Positions 54,327-64,000 of a DNA stretch of 64,000 bases are shown piece by piece. The translations under genes and the position numbers were made by a program. Position 1 is the first letter of the stretch. Every line of letters starts with the position of its first letter. The DNA is from Tubulanus polymorphus. Taxonomy: Eukaryota > Animalia > Nemertea. A model generated the notes under the pieces. The model was not told the DNA's origin, made no database searches, and saw nothing but the letters and a program-made list of their open reading frames with translations. Location of the stretch: NCBI RefSeq assembly GCF_964204645.1, contig NC_134030.1, positions 4,754,778-4,818,777 of the forward strand, given 5' to 3'.

Positions 54327-55236
54327 TCATGATCGAAAACACTGTTTCAGCGTTTTCCTGAATTCGGCTCCCGTCAAACAATATATGTAAAAATTCACGG
54401 CACAATTTATGCTAAAGATGAATTGCGCCGTATCTAACCAGTTTGCAAAGTCTGGTGTATTCGGTAAAGCCGCCACAAGAATACAAAGACTGGCCGATGG
54501 AGTGAGCAGAATTATAAACGTTATCGACACAATGAGAACGGTGAAAGTTATTTTCCTGGTATTATTCGAGTGAATTTTTGTTTTATTACTTTGTATTAAC
54601 GACGGCGACGTCGTTAAAGATCTGATTATGATGATGTTTAGTAAGGCTATGATACATATCGGTGAATAGATGAAACTGGACGGGGCGATCACGTAGTGCG
54701 CCTTCATTCCGCGTAATGATGATATGAAGCAACCGAATTCACTGTCGTACGAGGTAATTGCGGCCGCGTAAGAAGTGAATGCAAATGAAAATGATACAAC
54801 CGAAGCCGTAATAATCCATGCTACTTTTCGAGAACAGAATATTCTGGCAGTGAAGGGACTGACAACGGCGAAGCATCTTCCTAGTGTTATCGAAACGATA
54901 ATCCAAGAACTTATTAAATTAGACGCATAGAATACATGTTCGTGTAAACGGCATTTGTTGACATCTGTAAATCGTATGATAACGTCACCAGTTAAAGAGT
55001 AGGCAATTAGATTTATTGAAGCCATGAAAGTACCGACCAAACAGACAGTGTCACTTATAGCCAAAACCGCCATATACGCGCTGTAAGAATGACGGCGAAA
55101 TCGATGATCGAACATTAAGACCAGCGACAGCGAGTTTCCAGTCAGTCCGCAAATGAAAACAATCGGATAAATGTAAAGAAAAATACTCGATGAAACTCAC
55201 CCAATGGGGACGTATAAAGCTAATATTTGGCTGCAT
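54327..55236 (-). pseudogene. Single-exon rhodopsin-class (class A) GPCR, peptide/chemoreceptor-like, with one frameshift before TM1 (pseudogene or homopolymer error)
   Basis: TM1 YPIVFICGLTGN, TM2 LAISD, TM3 Cys and GRCFAV (DRY position), TM6 F...TP, TM7 NCAVNFYIY, helix-8 EFRKTL. The N-terminus MQPNISFIRPHWVSFIEYF (ATG 55236) joins TM1 if one base is removed from the A5 run at 55179-55183. Confidence 0.8.
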
Positions 55237-55299
55237 TACTATCTGTTTTAAAATCTTTTGTTAACTTGGTCCATGAATACTACAAGTCTAACCACCAAC

Positions 55300-55400
55300 A
55301 TCCTTCCCAGCAGCGATTCGAACTTCGATGGCATCGCTACACTCAACCACGGCGCAAGACCCTGCCACACTAGACTGGGTGCGCAGGTTTAACCGGCACA
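55300..55400 (-). mobile_element. Possible tRNA-derived SINE head
   Basis: Minus strand CCAGTCTAGTGTGGCAG (A-box-like) ... AAGTTCGAATCGC (B-box-like); no complete cloverleaf. Confidence 0.35.
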
Positions 55401-56280
55401 ATCAGATTGCCCGTTGTATGATCTCTGAGGCAAATTTCACGGATAAACTAAAATAGAACGAAGTATACACTAGGATATATACTGCGACAGGTGGTTTGCA
55501 AAGTTATTGAGGAATAATGATAAAGATCTAGTTCTTCCAGTTATGGAGCTAGAAGTCATAAAGATTGAATGAACCATAATTCATAATAAGTAGAATATAC
55601 AAAGTATGAAAAATTAGAAGAAACGGGCTCAGGCTTGAATCTGTCGTCACTGACGTATATGCATTAGGCAACCCCGAAATTTCCATGCGTTAGTTCACAT
55701 TGCACTTCGGATATGTTGTATATACCCAGGGCCAATAGCTAAATTTCGTCAAGACAGCCCCCAAATTGCCACGGGTTAATAGAGTTGGTATAAATAGGTT
55801 TTCATGCCAAAGGTAGAAAGGTTGAAAAAAAGTAAAGAATTGAGAAAAGATTAAAAAAGTGCTAAAACGTTAGATTATGTCAATCTTTCCAGTAAGCAGG
55901 GTGTAAAGAAAAAAATCATTCCATACCAGAATTTCTATAGGAGTAGGTAAAAATTTGATAATTACTGGATAAATGCAACAAATTATAGATAAAAAAACAA
56001 TTAGATAAGGCAATGTTTATTCATAAAAGCTATGATCCCTAGAGAGAATGTTATAGAATTATTTTTGAAGTTTATATGAAACAATTCGATAAAAATGCTT
56101 CTACTCATTCAAATAAAAAATATAATCCTGGGGCCAGTGCTCAAAAGTTGGTTAGAGTTAACCATGTGGATAGTTGACATAGTGACAATTAAATTTCATT
56201 TCATTTTCATTTCATTTCGTTTATTGATTTAACTTAAATATCGTTCATGTAATACATAATATAATATAATGGCAATACAT

Positions 56281-56734
<454 letters not shown>

Positions 56735-58381
56735 TTGTGTGCTTTCAGAAACTTACATAATTTGACAAGAGTATTTTTTGGGGAATTGAAAAGGGTTGTC
56801 AGTTTATAATGACTAGGTCTTGTTAAACAGAATTGTGGTAAGCACTGTGATCTTAGAATTGTATATTCTGGACATTCAAATAAAAAGTGATATTCATTTC
56901 CAATTACATTTTGGTTGCATTTTAAACAAAATCTCTGGTTTTCAGGTGTATTACTATATCTACCGGTTTCAATCGGTAGTTTGTGATTACTACATCTAAA
57001 CCGGCACAATGTGCGTCGCAATGAAATAGGGAGGTCATGCAAATATGGTTCGAACTTTAGTTCAGTTTTGATCATAGAATACATTAGTCCTTTTGAGCTG
57101 TTACGGCAATCGGCCCTCCATTTTTGAGTAAATTGGTCTTGAAGACGCTGTTTGATCAATTCACCAATAAGTTCAGGATTAACTCGCTCGTGATTTACCC
57201 AGTAGTTCATTAAACCACACTCTTCTAGTGTGCATTTTATATAACTTAACCACTTGGTTGTTTTTCCATGGAGCAAGTGCATATTAAAAAGAATTTCATA
57301 CATTTGACCCGATAATGTCGATACATCATTACATAAAAGCTTTGCCCAGAACTTAACCATTTTACTCTTGATGATTATCGCAAGCGGGGTTCTACCTAAT
57401 TCACCATAGACCATATAATTTGGGGTAGACCGGTTTAGATGTAGTAAATATTTACAAAAACGCAGGTGGTATTTCTCTAAAATAGCAGTTGATTCGTAAC
57501 CCCATATTTCACATGCATACGTAAGGATTGGTTCGACCATAGCATCAAAAAGTTCTAAACCTATGTCTGTATCTAAAGAGTACTGTTGGACCTTTTTCAA
57601 GACAAAAAATAGAGCTTTATTTGCACTTTCCCCAATTTTCTTTCGACATTTTGCAAATGTACCAGTGTAATTAAATAATATTCCTAAGTAGACAAATTCG
57701 TCAACAACTTCGACTTCATGTCGGTGTATAAAAAAAGTTGGTTTTAATCTTGTTTTCCTTTTTTGGAATATTAGTATTTTAGTCTTTGCTGGGTTAATTT
57801 TCAATTTCCATAGGTCACAATATTCAGACAAAGAATCAAGTGCTAATTGTAGGCCTTCCGTCGAGTCAGATAAAATAAGGGTATCGTCTGCATACAAAAG
57901 CACTAAAAGTCTCAACCAGAAATTTACTTCATCATTGTTATCAATACATACACTTTGACAGCCTTTACTCAATAGAAAGTTTTCAAGGTCGTTCACATGT
58001 AGACTAAAAAGTAGTGGGGATAGATTATCTCCCTGCTTGAGACCAATATGACTATGAAAAAACTCGGAATTCCTTCCGTTAGTCGAAACACAACATTTGA
58101 CGGACTTATACATATTTATTACGATATTGTAAAATTTACCTGTGATTCCGTGGTTATCTAATTTTTTCCAAAGTGCTTTTCTCCAGATTTTATCGAACGC
58201 TTTTTCATAATCAATAAATGCACAGTATAATTTGCGATTTTTACCCAAAAACAAGTCAACAACTGATTTCAGTGTAAATATATGGTCAGTAACCCCATGT
58301 TTCTTACGGAAGCCGGCTTGTATAAGATTTAACAACTGGTTGAACTCTAGAAATTCAGATAATCGACTGTTAACCAGACTA

Positions 58382-58881
58382 CTGTCTGTCACACCTACTC
58401 TCCGTGCGACGTTTTGGTCCTAAATGTCGTTAATAATCGGTTTATCTACCTTTATTACGCATCAATTTGTTCAGTGAGGAATTTGCATTCAGAAATAAAC
58501 AACAATTTTCACTTAAGTTGTTTTTGTTTTCATTTATCAGCGATAGTTTACTCAGCATACGCTCGCGTAATGCTGAAAAACCCGCTCCGCGGACGCTCGG
58601 AAACGTTACAGTGACGTCATCACCTGCTCATTAGCATATCAAAATACAGTAGGTGGCGCCACGTGACGGGCCATAAAAGCCGTTTTTCAGCATTACGCGA
58701 GCGTATGCTGGGTAAACTATCGCTGATAGATGAAAACACAAACAAATTTATGCCAATTCATGATTTATTTCTGAATGCAAATTCCTTACTGAACAAATTG
58801 ATGCATAATATTTACAGATCAACCGATTATTAACGAAATTACGGATCAAAACGTCGCACGAAGAGCAGGTGTGACAGACAG
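58382..58881. mobile_element. 500-bp Tc1/mariner-type MITE inserted in the LINE RT
   Basis: TA|CTGTCTGTCACACCT...AGGTGTGACAGACAG|TA with about 200-bp imperfect TIRs. Removing it restores the reading TSCLGKLFT-SLVNSRL. Confidence 0.9.
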
Positions 58882-61766
58882 TAGTAAATAGTTTGCCTAG
58901 ACAGCTCGTTAAATGCCCCGGTAGTTATCTGGGCAATTAGGATCCCCTTTGTTTTTAAAAAGTGGAATTATTGTTGATAGTCCCCAGTCGTGTGGGTAAA
59001 TTCCTGAGTCCAAGATACGATTAAATAAGGTAGTGAGAACAAGTGATAAATCATTTGCAACTGATTTAAGCATTTCGTTGATTATCTCATCGGGTCCGGG
59101 TGACTTGTTATTTTTTAGTTTTTTGATTGCATTTATAACCTCTTCTTCAGTTAGGTCTCTATTAAGGGCATCAAAATTCAACGTTGCAAAATCGAAATCG
59201 AAATGTCCCTATGGGGGCTCAGTATTATCATAGTTGGGTTTTCTATTTAGTTTATGAAAATGGTTCACCAAGTCGTCAAAATTTGCTTCACATTGTGGTG
59301 CATTCGCCTTTTTGCGGAAAAACTTCCAGAAACTTTTAGGATCAGACTTCTTTAACATTCTAATTTCTTGATTAGTTCCTGTCGTGCGCGCATTTCGTTC
59401 ACGATTAACCGATTGTTTATAGTTAGTGTATGCGTTGTTCAGAAATTGTTTAGTTTGTTCATTTTTGGTACTCTTATAGTGCCTTTTGGCACGCCTATAT
59501 GCCCGGCGCTTTTCTATGACATTACGTGAATGGTGACGTGAGGCTTTATCATTGTTGGTACGTTTACCTAGTAATCTTTCCCCCATTGTATCTGGAGCCG
59601 TTCGCTTTAACGTGTCATAGAGACGTTTGTTACAAGTGTTAGGTTCCGCCTGGTTTAATAAATCTTGCTGGATAATATCAATGCCCGTACTATTATGGAT
59701 TTTATCCATGTAATCAACTATTTTAGATTTGTTCCAATTAATCTTTCGTGATCTATTTACAGGTTCTTCGTTGGTTTCATTTATTATTGTTGATTTGCTA
59801 GAAATTTTGATTTCGATAGGGCAATGAACATCTGAAAATAGTCGGTCGAAACACAACACTTTAAAATGCACGATTTTTTCAAATAGGGGATAACTCGCTA
59901 TGCCGTAATCGACCACAGGAAAATTATCTGACTTATCTGACTTAACGCATGTGTGTTTGCCCACAATTTTATCTTCACCGAGACGACCATTACATATAAA
60001 TATAGAGTGTGATTTACAAAATTCGACTAATCTGTAACCATAATTGTTGATGCCGTTATCGGAATTGGTTCTTTGTAGCATATCATTTACAGTTAACGAG
60101 CGAACAGCTAAAACGTCGTCTTGAAAAATTTCACCAAGGTCTGAATATTCTATATATCTGTCATCAATGGGCGTATAGTCTAAAAGGTTGCGAGTGTGAG
60201 CGTTGAAATCGCCACACAATAAGAGGTATTAGTTGTCACAGTTATAAAGTGATATTAATTCAGAATCTAAATCGTCGAACAATTCGGCTCTTCCGTAAAT
60301 ACTACTCTCAGGGGGGATATACGCGGAACCTAAAAGTAAATCTTTATCTTCATTTAACATTTTTTTAATCAAATTTAAGCCAGTGAATTAGTTTACTCGT
60401 TTTCTTCTCCATGGTTACACATTTTTTCAGTACCTTTTTTATAAGAATGACAATTCCACCTGACCGTCTCACTGATAGATTTGTTCGGTTGTTCACATAT
60501 GGGAAAAATCCAAGCTTTTCACAGAAGTCATTCAGCCAAAACTCGTCTGAACTGTCTAGTTTTGTCTCGGTGAGAATTACTATATCGTTACAGAGTAGAA
60601 GATCAATAAATTCATCGTATTTACTTTTCGATTTAAGCCCGCAAACATTTAAGTTCAACAGTGATATACTAGGGGTGTTTCCACTTTTCGTATCCACCCA
60701 ATCCTATTCCGCGTTCATCTCTAGTATTGCCCGTGCATTTTCTAAGGCGGCACTAATGCTATCGGGTCCAGTGTTTTCAGTAATCACGCTGTCGGTCGAT
60801 GTCGATGCTTTCGCTTTCTTAGGTACTTGTTTCACCCTCTCTCTTATTTTGCTGCTGTTGTGTGGGGGTTTCTTCCGTGATATCTTCGGATGGGGGTCTC
60901 TCGCATTTTTTGTCGTCTTTTCTTCTAGCTGTTTCTACGTGTCTGCTCGTATTATGTTCTTTGGTGTTATAACGATTAGTATCGGTGTAGTTATTATCGG
61001 GCTCTTGGTTGTTGATCAATGTACCGTTGCTAGCCATTTTTAGATTTTTTCCACCAGGTATCATGTGTAATAGTTTACGGGTGTTAATTTCATGAAGGCG
61101 CTCTATATGAAATTTTCTGCTTCTGAGCAATACAGCTACGAATTTCCTGTTATTTTTCAGTTTACGCTTAGCTCGCAATATTTCGATTTTAATGTTTTTG
61201 TTCTATGATCACACAGTTGTCGGGGTCGTCTAGGGGATCTCGCTTTATATTGGAATTCACTTCTATTTGCAAATCCATGCATAAATTTTCCAATTTTTTC
61301 ATGTCGGATTTTGATGCTGCTAACTCAATTTTGCATTTTGCTATCGTGGTATTGGCTTTTTTAAGTTTCGCGGTGAGGGCGGCATTTTCTTCGGCTATAT
61401 CATCTAGTTTTGCGCTGGCGAACTCAGAGGAAGTTTTAAGATCGGCTTGTATATGATGCCAGCGCATTTGAAGTGCTCTCGCCCTGACGTCATGGCAATT
61501 ATTTTAAACCGGTTTGTTATTCTGAATATACTGCGCGATATGCCGTATAAAATGCATAATGCATTCACCAGTGCGCATGTGAAAACGTGTAAAAATATTT
61601 GTGACAAAGGTAATGTCTAGTGCATCAAATATTTGATATACCAGTAAGCTTAGCTTATGTGAAACATCCGAAAACAAGAAACATAAACAAAATCAGTTTA
61701 CTACCAATTGCTGATTTATCAATTTTATCAAAGCTTCAAATGATACTTTAATTTTTTTTGTTTTAG

Positions 61767-62493
61767 ATAACATATCATTCATTGGTCAGTAACAGTTGTT
61801 TTGGCCTTGCAGAAGTGCTGTTCTAGGATGCGCTTACCCGTCCAAATTCCCTCGAGATCTTCAAGATAAATTATGGCGTGAATTTGATGATATTGTCGGG
61901 CGTATGAATGAACTAGGATTCGACAACCAATTCGTCCACGTTGAAATTTTCATCATGGCCGATAATTCGATCAAAATAATCGAAATCAACCATCGTTTGT
62001 CGACGGTCGTAGCACCACTTTACAGAGCGTGTCTTCACGATGGTAACGTAGTGGTCGCTCTGATGGAAATGAACCGAGGAATAATTCCGACACACCCGCG
62101 GCCGAACGCTAAGTGTGGCATCGGTGGACAAGTGGTAACGTTCAAATCCGACTTAGCTAAAGATCTTATCGACTTTAAGTACGCGAAGTCGATTCCTGAT
62201 GTTGTTATCATAAAATCACCAAATGAAAATGTAGTTTATCCTCGTGATGATGGTGGATGTTTTATAGGTGTCGTTAGCGCCTTTGGTGACAACCATCAAG
62301 GTAAACCAATGTATCTGAAATATATCATGTACCAAATATCAAGAATGCATTTACGTATGCCATGAATAATTCTACGTTTTTCTTCCACATTTCAGTTGCA
62401 TTCAGAGAGTTTTTGCGCATTTCTAGAATGATTTTGAAACAACCTGAATACAGCCCTGCTGAGATCACTGATGGTGAAGGCACTTCTGATTGA
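61767..62493 (+). pseudogene. ATP-grasp copy A': 5'-deleted, frameshifted pseudogene; intron 62301-62395
   Basis: Homology starts only at IIHW (about residue 220 of A), with small deletions near 61790-61815. The 3' exon and 3'UTR match A. Confidence 0.85.
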
Positions 62494-63346
62494 CCCAAAC
62501 TGTACTACACGATTGTCCTTCGATCACCCGCTCTACATTGCATTTCTACTACATGTAGCAGCTAATTTATTAACATTTTATTGGAAATATCTATGATGTT
62601 TTTTTTTTGGTAAATAAGTAAATACATGTGATCGAATCAATGAATTCTCTAAGTTTAAATTATTGAATCTCTCTGATCTATTCATCATTTCGTTGCTGTG
62701 TTAAACTTGATGGTTTCGTTGAATAAAGCGCTATGTTTTATGTTGCATTAATTCTGACTATGTCATAACGCTCGTGAGCCGCGCTGACCTCATTTAAGAG
62801 CTTAATATGTATGCACAAAAATATATGAAACCGAGTTCGAGTTACATTGTGACTATCAAACCATCGCCCAGATAACAAACCGAACCGTAATAAATGAAAA
62901 TTACTCTTTCTTGGCATAGTTTTTAATGTATTGATTATAAGGCTTTCTTTGCACAGGTCATAGTAAATTCAAGGTTTATTTAACCTACAATAAATTCAGA
63001 TAATACCGCACCTATGTTAGACATTGGTGGTATCTTCAAGTCAAGAAGTAAGTTTAACGTTTATTACCGATTGTTTCACTCTTGAATTGTTGTTTTCTTG
63101 CTCTAAGGAAGATATTTCTAGTTCGTTGGAAACCTAGATGATTTAATACCGTAACTTATGAAAGATTTATATTCCTTAAGTACAAGGACGAACGCAAACG
63201 TTGTTATATCGCCTTCTTACCTATAAATTCATATCGTTATTTGTAGAAAAAATCTGATCAACTGTCAATTACAAAAAGGTGCACTGTGTAATCACTTTCT
63301 AAGTCGGTTATTTACCGGTTTCAGATATCGTACGATATAGATTATC

Positions 63347-64000
63347 ATGGCAGCATCGATAAAAGTAGCGATCCTGTGCTCAGGAAGGGAGGGCGAGGCG
63401 TTTGCCGAGGGTATATTCGGAAATATTCCACAAGAAATGAAGACGGAAAATGCCACATTTGTCAATATCCTGCTGAAACCCGAGGAGAGTCTGCTAGAAT
63501 TTACGCTTCGATGTATAGAGCAAATAAAACGGGAAAACTTCGACTTTGTCATATCATTAACCGACAGTACAGCGGTAGTACACGCTAAAATCTCGTCCGT
63601 TTTGCCAAAGATTCCCGGTCCGTCGTTGGATTCGGTAATGGCGGCGTTTAACAAGATTCACGCACGCAAATACCTGATGAAAGATGGTGGAGGCGTGAGG
63701 TATACCCACTTAGACCTGAATGCTAGTCCGCAAGATATATCAGATGCCGTCAAACTGGTCGGTTTACCGGCGTTCATTAAGCCAGTGGCCTTGCAGTATT
63801 CAATCGGAGTGGAAAGAATTGACGACGAGAATGATATCAAACCATGTCTTCACATTATTAAAGAAATGGATATTCTATACCAGAATGATGTCACCGGCGT
63901 CTTCGAAATCATACCTGATGAAGATGGGGCCATATTGGAAGAATATATCGATTCAGAAGCAACAGCTTCAGTTGAAGGGTGCGTCGCGAACGGAAATATC
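63347..64000 (+). CDS. ATP-grasp copy B' (partial; frame open to the window end)
   Basis: MAASIKVAILCSGREGEAFAEGIFGNIPQEM... is colinear with B apart from one in-frame 3-nt deletion. It is absent from the ORF track because there is no stop inside the window. Confidence 0.88.
   Translation, partial: MAASIKVAILCSGREGEAFAEGIFGNIPQEMKTENATFVNILLKPEESLLEFTLRCIEQIKRENFDFVISLTDSTAVVHAKISSVLPKIPGPSLDSVMAAFNKIHARKYLMKDGGGVRYTHLDLNASPQDISDAVKLVGLPAFIKPVALQYSIGVERIDDENDIKPCLHIIKEMDILYQNDVTGVFEIIPDEDGAILEEYIDSEATASVEGCVANGNI

Overview
AT-rich genomic DNA from an invertebrate animal (spliceosomal GT-AG introns, LINEs, MITEs, microsatellites; probably lophotrochozoan, which is inference). 1-38 kb is mostly the large, repeat-littered 5' end of a minus-strand CDON/BOC/ihog-like Ig-superfamily receptor: an Ig exon (706-996), a signal-peptide exon (5597-5691) and candidate 5'UTR exons and promoters at about 10.2, 23 and 37.9 kb. 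40-64 kb is a dynamic, segmentally duplicated locus. It holds four intron-poor ATP-grasp amide-ligase genes (A, B, pseudogene A', and B' running off the window) that swap sequence patches. It also holds an intronless HemK/PrmC-like SAM methyltransferase, a single-exon rhodopsin-class GPCR with one frameshift, and two copies of one decayed APE+RT LINE carrying nested DNA elements. One nested element has tyrosine-recombinase-like ends (6-bp direct repeat flanked by inverted arms). Best candidate for an undescribed system: an animal small-molecule biosynthetic cluster (ATP-grasp ligases plus N-methyltransferase, possibly with a receptor). All alignments were done by eye and no database searches were run.
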